Source of the DNA: an uncultured delta proteobacterium
GTDB lineage: Bacteria; Desulfobacterota; Syntrophia; Syntrophales; UBA2185
Assembly (NCBI GenBank): GCA_963729715.1
Contig: CAVSPA010000004.1
Span: forward strand, 544,001 to 608,000
Length of the DNA: 64,000 bases
Reading direction: 5' to 3'
The notes beneath the pieces are model-generated. The model did not search any database, was not told where the DNA came from, and saw nothing but the letters and a program-made list of their open reading frames with translations. Within the stretch, counting starts at the first letter, position 1; each line of letters begins with the position of its first letter. The position numbers were made by a program, and so were the translations under genes. Of the stretch, positions 18,237 through 28,326 are shown in pieces.

Positions 18237-18941
18237 TTATTCCTTCACATAATACTGTAATTTTAACCAGCCTGCTTCGACAATGTCACCATCTTTCAGG
18301 TCGTATTTATGATCGACCTTCTGGCCGTTTACTTTCAGCGTTTTTCCACCCGCAGGCGTGATGAAATACCCTTCCTTCCTTCTATTGACGAGGGCGGCGA
18401 CTTTGGGGGCGAAGAATCCTTTAAGATGAATTCCGGCTCCGTCTTCCTTACCAATAGTCGTAACCCTTTCTTTGAGCAGGTAGTCCCTCTTGTCCGTCGA
18501 TCCTTCAATAACTATGAATCCACCCAGGATCTCGGGCTTCTCCTTGTCCTGAGAGGCCAATATTTTTTTTTGCTCTTCCGCGCCAATTACGACAGTTTCA
18601 TCCATCGAACGCCCCCGGACGGTAAAGCCCTCCTTGGTATTCGTTTCTCTTGCCTTTTCCAGGATGACATCAAGCGTATGAACACCGATTAGGACCACAT
18701 CTCCGTTATGCAATTCGCCTTTAGAAATTTTCTGGCCGTTGATATAGGTGCCGTTCAGGCTACTGGCATCCTCGATGAATAGACAATTCACCTCCTTCTT
18801 TATCCGCGCGTGATAGCCGGACACGGCCTGATTGTCGATGACGATATCATTATCCGTTTTTCTCCCAATAGTCATGACGTCCTGATCAAGCGGTATCTCT
18901 TTTATTACGGCTTCCTTGAATTTGAGCAAAACCTTCGCCAT
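18237..18941 (-). CDS. FHA domain protein (one canonical and one degenerate FHA)
   Basis: TIGRKTDNDIVIDNQAVSGYHA, SSLNGTYING; second module TTIGK...VNG...LKDGDIV. Confidence 0.9.
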   Translation of the reverse strand: MAKVLLKFKEAVIKEIPLDQDVMTIGRKTDNDIVIDNQAVSGYHARIKKEVNCLFIEDASSLNGTYINGQKISKGELHNGDVVLIGVHTLDVILEKARETNTKEGFTVRGRSMDETVVIGAEEQKKILASQDKEKPEILGGFIVIEGSTDKRDYLLKERVTTIGKEDGAGIHLKGFFAPKVAALVNRRKEGYFITPAGGKTLKVNGQKVDHKYDLKDGDIVEAGWLKLQYYVKE

Positions 18942-18944
18942 ATA

Positions 18945-19751
18945 TCACCTCCTGAACCATTCCTCAAAATTTAATAGAAAAGAAATCCAGCTTTTATTCC
19001 TGACATATCCCACAATAACCGTTATGTTGTCCTTGCCGCCCTGTTTATTTGCGAGTTCTACCAGCCTGTCACATACTACCGTTGGATCGTTCATTGATAC
19101 CGCAAGAGCAAGTATATCGTCATCGGAAACCATTGAGGTGAGACCGTCGGTACATAGTACCAGAATATCACCGGTAGACAAAGTCAACTCACTAACATCG
19201 ACTTCAACATCTGAAGCCACACCGAGGGCTCTGGTCAACAAATTTCTCATCTCAGATTTCTGGGCCTCTTCCCTCGTTAGTAACTCATGTTTCACCTGTT
19301 CATAGACTACAGAATGGTCGTCGGTCAGTTGCTCAATATCACCAGCCCTCACCAGATAAACCCTGCTGTCACCTACATGGGCGATGCTCAATTTATTCTT
19401 GCTGATTACAGCGGCCGCCACCGTTGTACCCATACCCTGCCAGCTCACATTGCTCTTTGCCGCCTCGTATATCGCCTGGTTGGCCAGACGGACTGCAGAG
19501 CCGATCGCCTTTGTCGTCTCGGAATAATCTTCGTCAAATTTCCCGACCAATGCGGCCCGACCCTCGTGAAACGCCTTAAAATAATCCCTTATTATATCAA
19601 GAGCCAGCTTGCTCGCAATTTCTCCGGATGCATATCCTCCCATGCCATCGGCAACCACAAAGAGACCCGCTTTGACATCAACGTTAAAGCCGTCTTCGTT
19701 GTTGGGTCTGACAAGGCCTTTATCTGTTCTTCCGCAAGCACTAATTTCCAA
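18945..19751 (-). CDS. PP2C-family Ser/Thr phosphatase (Stp1-like)
   Basis: RPNNED, VADGMGG, GMGTT, AHVGDSRVY, LCTDGL, GGKDNITV. Confidence 0.95.
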   Translation of the reverse strand: MEISACGRTDKGLVRPNNEDGFNVDVKAGLFVVADGMGGYASGEIASKLALDIIRDYFKAFHEGRAALVGKFDEDYSETTKAIGSAVRLANQAIYEAAKSNVSWQGMGTTVAAAVISKNKLSIAHVGDSRVYLVRAGDIEQLTDDHSVVYEQVKHELLTREEAQKSEMRNLLTRALGVASDVEVDVSELTLSTGDILVLCTDGLTSMVSDDDILALAVSMNDPTVVCDRLVELANKQGGKDNITVIVGYVRNKSWISFLLNFEEWFRR

Positions 19752-19772
19752 TGTTATCTCCTGAAGGCAGAT

Positions 19773-22235
19773 TCATAAAGAAAGGGCATTGGCGACTTCC
19801 CTTCCCTGTTGGTATCGCGCCTCTCTGTCTTTAGAGAGCAATCTCTCAATAATGGAAATGAGATTATCCGGTATATCCGGCGCCAGATCCTTAAGCGGCG
19901 TGGGTGTAGCGTTCGTTATATTGAACATGAGGGTAGTAATATTGTCCCCCTGGAACGGCTTCTCACCAGTGAGCAGCTCATAAAACACTACACCGAGTGA
20001 AAAAAGATCCGACCTGCCGTCAACATGGTGGCCTACGATCTGTTCCGGCGACATATAGCTCGGTGTTCCGATAATTGCGCCCGTCTTGGTACTCGAAGAG
20101 GTCATAACCCTGGCAATACCGAAATCAGTAACCTTAACCTCCCCGTTTTTCAAAATCATGATGTTTGCAGGTTTGATATCCCTGTGGACGACGCCACTGC
20201 AATGGGCATAATCAAGGGCCTGGGCAACCGATGAAATAATCTTCGTCACTTCGCCAAGAGGCAACAAATTCTCCTTCTGGCAATATTTTGTGAGGTCGTT
20301 TCCGTCAAGCAGTTCCATCGCCATGTATGCAAGGTCGTAATCCTCGCCGACGTCATAAATAGTAACGATATTAGGATGAGAAAGTTTACCCGCGGCCTCG
20401 GCTTCCCGGAAGAATCTCTTCTTCACTTCCGCAAGCTGCTCATCATCGACCTCTTCATATCGCAATGTCTTAATCGCCACTTCCCTGTTGATTTTGGGGT
20501 CCTGGCCCAGGTACACAACTCCCATCGCTCCCCGGCCCAGTTCCTTTATGACCTCATAGCGTCCGAGAGTAGGCTTGGTCTCTGCGCCATCCATTAGTAA
20601 CGTTGTATCTTTCTTAGCGCCTCCCAGGCCGAATATCATTGTATCCCCTGCCGCTTTAAGCTTCTTTGCTCGCTCCTCGATGTCCTTAAAGCTTCCGGCC
20701 TGCGCAATATGTTCATAGACAGCTACGGCTTTGTTAAACATCCGCTTTCTCTCAAAATCAAGGCCCAAGTTGTACAGCAGCTCTTTAACCGACTTATCCT
20801 CAACAGGACATTTACAGAACTTTTCGAAGGCCAAATCGAGCATGCCCTGTCCCTGGAACGATAGCCCCAGCATCTTATTGGTTTCGTGACTGTCTGCCTC
20901 GATGCGCTCCTTTGCCTCTTCCGTAAAAAAGTAACCCTTAGTAACAACCAAGGTATAGCCGATCAGGATAAGCAGAGACGGATGAACAAGTTTGACCCAG
21001 TATCTGTAATTTATCAGAAGATACATCCCCGCCCCGATCCAGATCAGCAAGATGATCAACGATGCTATGGCGCTGATCCTAATCTTCAGCCTGGGTATAA
21101 CCAATGCCAGGAACAAGCCAAAGAAGACGGTAACCCCTATCTCCAAAGGGAATGCCCAGGCAGGGCGCACTATATAATCACCGGAGAGGATGTTGTCAGC
21201 GACATTGGCGACGATACCCCAGGATGGAACATTAGGTCCAATAGGCGTAACCTCTAAAGCGCCGAGGCCGATTGCGCTCTGGGCAATGATCACAATCTTA
21301 TTCTTGAATGCCTCCGGAGGCGCCTTGTTAGCGGCCACATCATAAAAAGAGAAATAAGGAAAGCTCTTACTGAAGCCGATAAGCATCTCGCCCTTGCCAG
21401 ATGTCGCGATGGTGTTATTTCCAAAATTCACTCCACCAGCGATACTCACATCTCTTACGTCGTAGTTCAAATATTTCAATGATAGCTGCAGTCCGAAGGA
21501 CGGGTATGCTCGCCCTTCGTAATATACAAGCAGAGGTTCACTTCTCACTGTGCCATCGGCATCGGGAACAACATTAATGTGCCCGAGAGCCAACGCTTTC
21601 ATCGCAAAATCAGGAATTGGCGGGACAATCTGTCTTGCAGCGATGCTTCCATCCTGGGACGCTACGGGCACAGAATTCTGTTTGAGATAATCCGGAATTT
21701 CAGATCCTTTGCTGTCGATTGAATTGCCCAAGATGAAAACCAGGGGCAATATGACTTTTGGGGTCTCTCCGATGGCTGCCCCAAGTATTGCATCGTTATC
21801 CAGTTTCTTTTCTGTTTCTTTCAGCGTGGTATAGATATTATTGACCGGCGTGTTCTTAAGCACGCCGGTATCGCTCTCTATATTCTTGAGAATATCGCGC
21901 ACCTCAGTCAGGCCTTGGTTCATATCACTTTCAGAATAGATGATATCTACCCCTATTACTTTTGCTTCACATTTGTTGAGATATTCTATCATGCGTGCAA
22001 TGTAACCGCGCGGCCACGGCCATCTGCCCATGTTGGCGATGCTCTCATCGTCTATCGCCACAATCACAATGGGGGAGTTAGAAGCCTTCTCCTTCAAATT
22101 GGAAACTGCGTCATAGACCTTGTATTCCAAATATTTCGTCGGCATCCATTCAAAATAGAATGCGGCAATCGTCAAGGCCGTAAGAATCGCCCCGATTAGA
22201 ATATCTGAAATAACTGATCCAATTAACTTGTTCAT
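19773..22235 (-). CDS. Membrane Hanks-type Ser/Thr kinase with extracytoplasmic CHASE2 domain
   Basis: CHASE2 motif IVIVAIDDESIANMGRWPWPR, three TM helices, kinase motifs LGRGAMGVVY, VAIK, HRDIKPAN, DFGIAR, GTPSYMSPEQ. Confidence 0.95.
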   Translation of the reverse strand: MNKLIGSVISDILIGAILTALTIAAFYFEWMPTKYLEYKVYDAVSNLKEKASNSPIVIVAIDDESIANMGRWPWPRGYIARMIEYLNKCEAKVIGVDIIYSESDMNQGLTEVRDILKNIESDTGVLKNTPVNNIYTTLKETEKKLDNDAILGAAIGETPKVILPLVFILGNSIDSKGSEIPDYLKQNSVPVASQDGSIAARQIVPPIPDFAMKALALGHINVVPDADGTVRSEPLLVYYEGRAYPSFGLQLSLKYLNYDVRDVSIAGGVNFGNNTIATSGKGEMLIGFSKSFPYFSFYDVAANKAPPEAFKNKIVIIAQSAIGLGALEVTPIGPNVPSWGIVANVADNILSGDYIVRPAWAFPLEIGVTVFFGLFLALVIPRLKIRISAIASLIILLIWIGAGMYLLINYRYWVKLVHPSLLILIGYTLVVTKGYFFTEEAKERIEADSHETNKMLGLSFQGQGMLDLAFEKFCKCPVEDKSVKELLYNLGLDFERKRMFNKAVAVYEHIAQAGSFKDIEERAKKLKAAGDTMIFGLGGAKKDTTLLMDGAETKPTLGRYEVIKELGRGAMGVVYLGQDPKINREVAIKTLRYEEVDDEQLAEVKKRFFREAEAAGKLSHPNIVTIYDVGEDYDLAYMAMELLDGNDLTKYCQKENLLPLGEVTKIISSVAQALDYAHCSGVVHRDIKPANIMILKNGEVKVTDFGIARVMTSSSTKTGAIIGTPSYMSPEQIVGHHVDGRSDLFSLGVVFYELLTGEKPFQGDNITTLMFNITNATPTPLKDLAPDIPDNLISIIERLLSKDREARYQQGREVANALSL

Positions 22236-22333
22236 ATATTCCTCTCATTATTTTCGTATAAAGACAGGAAAAGGTACGCCCAGCCAGCCGCTCATCTGTA
22301 GTTATTTCCTGGCAACAATGCCTTTAAATTTCG

Positions 22334-23701
22334 GGATCATCTGACTTTGTTGTACAATGAAACAGGCATAAGTACCTGTAAAGCTTTTATAAATGCTCTT
22401 TGAAAATTGACACGTTTTCTAATCTCGGATAGAGTAGTTAAATGAAAACGAAAAATACACTCCGAGACCTGTATAAATTTCCTGGATTCCGTGCCCGTGC
22501 CACACTAAAGCCACACCCGGAAGATACTGAAGGATGCATTGTGACCCTTGAGCGCCGCCAAAAAAAACGGTCTGTTCCGGCTGCGGTACAACGGCATCAA
22601 GCTATCGGGACCGGCGAACGCATAGAGTGCGAGACCTGGATGCCGGAGCAACCCGCATCTATCTTGAATTCGAGTATCGCAGGGTCGCCTGCCCGCATTG
22701 CACAGCCGTGAAGCGCGAGACTCTTTCAATGCTGGCCAAGTCAGCCCGGTTCACTCAGCGGTTCGAGGACCGCATTGGACTGCTCTGTCGCGAGATGAGC
22801 ATCAAGCGTGTTGCGGAGCTTAACAACCTGAGCTGGGATCAGGTGTGTCGCATGGAGAAATGCTACATGCGCCGCCTGCTGGAGCAGCATCCACCTTCTC
22901 AGCAGCTTCGGACCATTGGCATCGATGAAATATCGACCCGTAAGGGCCACACCTATGCCATCGTTGTCGCCGACCTTGACCAGAGACGGCCGATCTGGCT
23001 GGGCGGACAGGGCCGCACCGAACAGGATTTGCAGTTGTTCTTCGACACCATGGGCCTTGAGCGCTGCAAGGCAATCGAACTGGCGGTCATGGATATGTGG
23101 AAGCCATTTCGCAAAGCAACGCTGAGTCATGCTCCCAACGCACAGATTGTCTATGACAAGTTTCACATCATGCGTCATCTGGCAGACGCCCTTGATCAGG
23201 TCAGGCGCAGCGAGTACAAACGTGTCAATGAGAAAGAACGTCGGTTCATCAAGGGGCAGCGCTATACGCTGCTGTCCCATAAATCCAATTTGGATATTGA
23301 AGGCCGGCGGGCCTTGCAAATGCTGTTAAAAGCAAACAAACGGCTTCATAAAGCCTATCTGTTGAAAGAATCGTTCGGGCAGCTCTGGGATTATAACAAC
23401 CCAACATGGGCACGAAAGTTCTTTGAAAGTTGGAAAGACCAGCTGCGCTGGCAGCGGCTCAAACCCTTTGAGAAGTTTGCAGAGCTGATTGAGCGCCACT
23501 GGGACGGGATCATCAGTTACTGCCATCCTGATCACAAGGTTTCACTTGGATTCATGGAAGGCTTGAATAACAAGATCCGTGTCATCCAACGCAGAGCATA
23601 CGGCATTAAGGATCAGGAATACCTGATGCTCAAAGTCATAACTTCCTTTATCAAAGAACCGAAATAGAAATCAATTTATGCACAACAAACCCAGAAGACC
23701 C
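22334..23701 (+). mobile_element. Complete ISL3-family insertion sequence (1368 bp)
   Basis: Imperfect terminal IRs GGATCATCTGACTTTGTTGTACA and (reverse complement) GGGTCTTCTGGGTTTGTTGTGCA. 8-bp target duplication AAATTTCG at 22326-22333 and 23702-23709. Confidence 0.95.
22442..23667 (+). CDS. ISL3 transposase needing a -1 frameshift at the A8 run (22560-22567)
   Basis: OrfA ...LERRQKK continues in the -1 frame as TVCSGCG...RVRDL (zinc finger, with CPHC). DDE motifs IGIDE, MDMW, YDKFH, EGLNNKIR. Confidence 0.9.
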
Positions 23702-23719
23702 AAATTTCGTATACACTAT

Positions 23720-23748
23720 ATCATATTTTTTACCAGCGCATCGGGCAA
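23720..23748 (-). promoter_or_regulatory. Probable original sigma70 promoter of the kinase operon, now beyond the ISL3
   Basis: TTGCCC-17-TATGAT on the minus strand, about 10 bp outside the right target duplication. Confidence 0.5.
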
Positions 23749-23954
23749 ATTCCGGAAAAAATTTGACATGTGAAAAATCTCTCATTCTTAATATTGCAAA
23801 GCACGAGAAATCCCCTTCCTCTGCTTTGGAACTTATTTCGTGCCTCAGCGAGCAGCGCTTGCATCAGCAATAACCAGCTGCATTATCAGTATCTTGAATC
23901 GGCATATACGCATGCCAAACTGCAGAGCCTCGCTTTAGGGAATGGCAGACTGGC

Positions 23955-26900
23955 TTAAACTTCGCGACGAAAACGGCCCAAATATCTCCGCACCGCTTTC
24001 TGGAATGAATCGAGATAGATATATATGACGGGAGAAATATAGAGGGTCACAATCTGTGAGAAGATGAGGCCTCCGACGACGGCCATTCCCAGTGGTCGCC
24101 GCGATTCGGCGCCCGCGCCCAAGCCGAGGGCAATGGGTAATGTTGCCATGAGGGCCGACATAGTTGTCATCATGATCGGACGGAACCGGATGAGCGCGCC
24201 CTGGAAGATCGCTTCCTCTGGGGTCTTGCCCTCCTTCCTTTCCGCATCCAAGGCAAAGTCAATCATCATGATCGCATTCTTCTTGACAATCCCTATGAGC
24301 ATGATGACCCCTACCAAGGCATACAGATTAAGGTCAATGTGAAAGATCAGCAGTGTCACAAGCGCCCCTAGTCCAGCAGAGGGCAGTCCCGAAAGTATTG
24401 TGATCGGATGGATGTAGCTCTCGTAAAGAATGCCGAGCACGATGTAAATTACCAGGATGGCAACAAGAATCAGAATACCAAGACCTGCCATGGACGACTT
24501 GAAGGCTTGTGCCGTACCCTGCAGGCTGCCTGTTATTGTTGCAGGAAGAACTGCCCTCGAAGTCTTCTCCACGCCAGCCACGGCATCGCCCAATGACTTC
24601 CCGAGGGCAAGATTAAATGATACCGTTACGGCCGGGATCTGTCCAAAATGGTTGACCGTAAGGGGTCCTACGGTGCGCTCCAAGGTCGCCACCGTGCTCA
24701 AGGGAACGAGGTTGCCGGATGATGATCGGACGTAAAGAAGAGAAAGGGCGGAGGGCTCCAGCTGGTACTCTGGCTCAAGCTCGATAATGACCCAGTATTG
24801 GTTTGTCTGTCCATAGATCGTCGATATCTGACGGGATGAGTATGCGCTGTAGAGGGCATCCTCCACCTGACCGGCACTGAGACCGAGGGCTGAGGCCTTA
24901 TCCCTGTCAATCCTTACGTAGATCTGGGGACTCTTTATCTGGAGGTCGCTCGTTACATCCAGGAAGCCAGGCAGCTCTCTGAGCTTCGCCTCCATGACAG
25001 GCGCATGTTTGTAAAGCTCGTTCATGTCCGAGCTCTGAAGGGTATACTGGTATTGGCTCTTTGTTAGGAGTCCACCGACGTTTATTGGTGGCGGGTTTTG
25101 CATAAATACCCTTATTCCCGGAACCGGAGCCAGCTTCGGTCTGAGCTCCTGAATTACCTCATCGGCACTTAGACTACGTTCGCTCCTTGGCTTAAGGCGT
25201 ATGAACATGCGGCCAATGTTGGACGACACCGTGCTTCCCACTGCTCCCACGTTGGACATGAAACCACTGACATTTGGATCTTGCGCGACAATCTCGGCGA
25301 GTTTCCTCTGATGTTGAACAAGGGATTGAAAGGATATCTCCTCCGCCGCCTCTGTAAAGCAAACAATCTGACCAGTGTCCTCGCTAGGAAGGAATCCTTT
25401 CGGAGTTATGAGATAGAGCCCGATAACCCCGATCAGAAAAATAAAGGAGACAATGAGGGTCGTTCGCCTGTAATGCAAGGCCCATTTCAGGCTTATTTCA
25501 TATGCACCGCGCATCCCTTCGAAGAACCGTTCGGAAATCTGGTAGAGATGGCCATGTTTCGCTTCGCCGGGCGGGCGGAGAAAACGGCTGCAGAGCATGG
25601 GCGTCAAGGTTAGTGATACAAACCCGGAAATGAGAACAGCAACAGAGATGGTAACGGCAAACTCATGAAGCAGTCTTCCGACGATGCCGCCCATGAAAAG
25701 AACGGGAATAAAAACAGCAACGAGTGAAAGTGTCATGGAAAGTATAGTAAAGCTAATTTCCCGCGATCCTTTATAAGCCGCCTCCATTACACTTTCACCG
25801 TGCTCCATGTGTCGGACAATATTCTCCAGCATGACAATGGCGTCGTCGACCACAAACCCAACGCACAGTGTGAGGGCCATCAGCGACAGGTTATCGAGGC
25901 TGTAGCCGCAGAGATACATCACTGCAAAGGTCCCTATGATCGACATGGGCAGGGCGAGGCTCGGGATGACCGTGGCGGAGATGTTGCGTAGAAACACAAA
26001 GATCACCAGGATGACGAGAACAAGTGCCAGGATTAAGGTGAACTCAACATCATGGACCGATTCCTTTATGGGAACCGAACGATCATAGAGGATATCGAGT
26101 TTCACCGATGCCGGGAGATCGTGCTGGAAGCTGGGAAGAATATCCTTTATGGACTGCACAACCTCAATGGTATTGGTGCCCGGCTGGCGAAGTATGGCGA
26201 GGACTATGGCACGGTTGCCATTGTACCACGCGGCAATCTTGTCATTCTGGACGCTGTCAATTACATGCCCCAGCTCACCCAGCCTCACCGGTGAGCTCCC
26301 GCGATAGGCCACGATGAGCGGCCTGTAAGCGGCCGCATCGTTGAGCTGCCCCGTGGCCTGCACGGTAAATGCCTGATGCGTTCCCCAAAGAGTGCCTGTA
26401 GGGATGTTCACATTGCCCGATGCGATTGCGCTCGCAACCTCGTCGATACCTATACCCCTTGAAGCGAGGGCCTTCGGATCAAGACGGGCGCGGACGGCAT
26501 ACTTCTGGGACCCATACACCATGACCTCAGCCACGCCGCTGATCATGGAAATGCGCTGAGCAAGGAGGTTCTCCGCATACTCGTCAACTGTCGACAGCGG
26601 CAGAGTTGCCGTGCTCATAGCGAGATAAAGGATTGGCCAGTCTGCCGGGTTCACCTTCCTAAATGTCGGAGGAGTGGGTAGATTTTGGGGGAGCTGGCTC
26701 GCCGCCGTAGCTATGGCGGTTTGAACGTCCTGGGCCGCCGCATCGATGTTACGGCTCAGGTTGAACTGGAGTGTGATCTTGCTGATACCAAGACCATTCG
26801 TCGAGGTCATGGAATCGAGGCCGGCAATGGTGGAAAATTGTTTTTCAAGAGGTGTTGCACAGGTAGAAGCCATCGTTTCCGGGCTCGCGCCCGGCAGGTT

Positions 26901-27047
26901 GACAGTAACAAGGATCGTAGGGAAGTCGACATTGGGAAGATCACTGACCGGAAGGGATCGATAGGCTACAAACCCAAAGAGCAGTATCGCCGTCATGACA
27001 AGGGTTGTCATAATTGGCCGGCGTATAAAGATGTCTGAAAGATTCAT
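23955..27047 (-). CDS. RND efflux permease (MdtB/MdtC-like)
   Basis: FIRRPIMTTL, GFVVDDAIVMLENI, GIVKKNAIMMIDFA, RFRPIMMTT. Confidence 0.95.
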   Translation of the reverse strand: MNLSDIFIRRPIMTTLVMTAILLFGFVAYRSLPVSDLPNVDFPTILVTVNLPGASPETMASTCATPLEKQFSTIAGLDSMTSTNGLGISKITLQFNLSRNIDAAAQDVQTAIATAASQLPQNLPTPPTFRKVNPADWPILYLAMSTATLPLSTVDEYAENLLAQRISMISGVAEVMVYGSQKYAVRARLDPKALASRGIGIDEVASAIASGNVNIPTGTLWGTHQAFTVQATGQLNDAAAYRPLIVAYRGSSPVRLGELGHVIDSVQNDKIAAWYNGNRAIVLAILRQPGTNTIEVVQSIKDILPSFQHDLPASVKLDILYDRSVPIKESVHDVEFTLILALVLVILVIFVFLRNISATVIPSLALPMSIIGTFAVMYLCGYSLDNLSLMALTLCVGFVVDDAIVMLENIVRHMEHGESVMEAAYKGSREISFTILSMTLSLVAVFIPVLFMGGIVGRLLHEFAVTISVAVLISGFVSLTLTPMLCSRFLRPPGEAKHGHLYQISERFFEGMRGAYEISLKWALHYRRTTLIVSFIFLIGVIGLYLITPKGFLPSEDTGQIVCFTEAAEEISFQSLVQHQRKLAEIVAQDPNVSGFMSNVGAVGSTVSSNIGRMFIRLKPRSERSLSADEVIQELRPKLAPVPGIRVFMQNPPPINVGGLLTKSQYQYTLQSSDMNELYKHAPVMEAKLRELPGFLDVTSDLQIKSPQIYVRIDRDKASALGLSAGQVEDALYSAYSSRQISTIYGQTNQYWVIIELEPEYQLEPSALSLLYVRSSSGNLVPLSTVATLERTVGPLTVNHFGQIPAVTVSFNLALGKSLGDAVAGVEKTSRAVLPATITGSLQGTAQAFKSSMAGLGILILVAILVIYIVLGILYESYIHPITILSGLPSAGLGALVTLLIFHIDLNLYALVGVIMLIGIVKKNAIMMIDFALDAERKEGKTPEEAIFQGALIRFRPIMMTTMSALMATLPIALGLGAGAESRRPLGMAVVGGLIFSQIVTLYISPVIYIYLDSFQKAVRRYLGRFRREV

Positions 27048-27069
27048 GTGGGCACTTTCCCGTATTTAC

Positions 27070-28188
27070 TCAGGGCGTCTCTTTAATAGTCACTTGGGCC
27101 CCCGGTATGATCCGCAACTGGCCATCCGTAACTATTCGCTCTCCCGCCCGGATCCCTTTCACTATAGCAGTTTCTCCATTGATGGTGGCTCCTATCGTGA
27201 CAGGTCTCACGTCCGCTGTGAGATCCGGCTTGACGACAAAGACGTATTGCCCTGATTGCCCTGTCTGAATGGCTTGTGAAGGGACGATTATGACGTTGGG
27301 CTCCTTTCTCAACGTCAAGACCACGGTAACGAACTGACCGGGCCAAAGACGCTTTTCGCTGTTGGCGAAAGTTCCCTTGAGGATGATGGTCCCCGTCACT
27401 TTATTTACTGCGTTGTCTATGAAGGTAAGCAGACCTTGCTCGGGTCGTTCATCTTTGTAGATAACGGCTTCCACTTTTAGTTTTTCAATCGCCTGGTACT
27501 TCTTAACTGCGGGCAAATCATTTTCGTTGATGGTGAATGTGACATAGATAGGCTGGATCTGGTTGATGACAACCAGTTCCACGTCATTGGCCTTGACGAT
27601 ATTTCCCTGATTCAGCTTCAGTGACCCCGTCCGCCCGCTAATAGGGGAATGAATAGAGCAGTAATGGACCTGGACGCGATTATTCTCAATAACGGCCTTA
27701 TCTGCCTTCAAAGTAGCTTCCAGCGCGGCCGCATTTGTCCGAACCTGGTCATACTGTTGCCTCGTGACAAATTGTTCCTCCAAAAGGGCCGTATACCGCT
27801 CCAAGTCCAACTGAGCGTTTTTTGCCTGGGCCTCATCCCTTGCCAGATTGGCCTCTGCCTGCTTTACCGCCTCCACGTACGGTCGGCAGTCGAGTTCATA
27901 GAGAAGATATCCCTTGCCAACGTCCTGGCCTTCCTTGAAATTGACTTTCGTTATTTCTCCGGTAATTTGTGCTTTCACCGATATGGTTTGATAGGGTTCG
28001 ACATTCCCGATCGCATTAATCTGCACGGGAATTGTCTTCTCAATTGCGGAAGCTACTACAACAGGCACCGGAGGGGGTACGGGTTTTTCCTTTTTAGAAC
28101 AGCCATAAATTAAGCCGGCAACGACAAATAAGAGAATTAACCATTTTCCCCAGGTGACAAAGAAATTATTTGAAGAACCATCAGTCAT
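27070..28188 (-). CDS. RND periplasmic adaptor (MdtA-like)
   Basis: Lipobox-like LIYGC, IHSPISGRTG, LWPGQFV. Confidence 0.93.
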   Translation of the reverse strand: MTDGSSNNFFVTWGKWLILLFVVAGLIYGCSKKEKPVPPPVPVVVASAIEKTIPVQINAIGNVEPYQTISVKAQITGEITKVNFKEGQDVGKGYLLYELDCRPYVEAVKQAEANLARDEAQAKNAQLDLERYTALLEEQFVTRQQYDQVRTNAAALEATLKADKAVIENNRVQVHYCSIHSPISGRTGSLKLNQGNIVKANDVELVVINQIQPIYVTFTINENDLPAVKKYQAIEKLKVEAVIYKDERPEQGLLTFIDNAVNKVTGTIILKGTFANSEKRLWPGQFVTVVLTLRKEPNVIIVPSQAIQTGQSGQYVFVVKPDLTADVRPVTIGATINGETAIVKGIRAGERIVTDGQLRIIPGAQVTIKETP

Positions 28189-28326
28189 TTTGTATTTTCC
28201 TGCCTTGCCTCATATATATTATCCACCGCCCTCACCTCATGTAATACATCTCTACGGCGAAGACCATGGCGCAATACCTTTCCGATTTCACCTCACGGAC
28301 AAAGACACCGGACTAATTGACAGCCC

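Noticed and set aside
23901..23917. Sigma54-like TGGCATGCGTATATGC on the minus strand
   Set aside because: Spacing is GG-N11-GC rather than the required N10.
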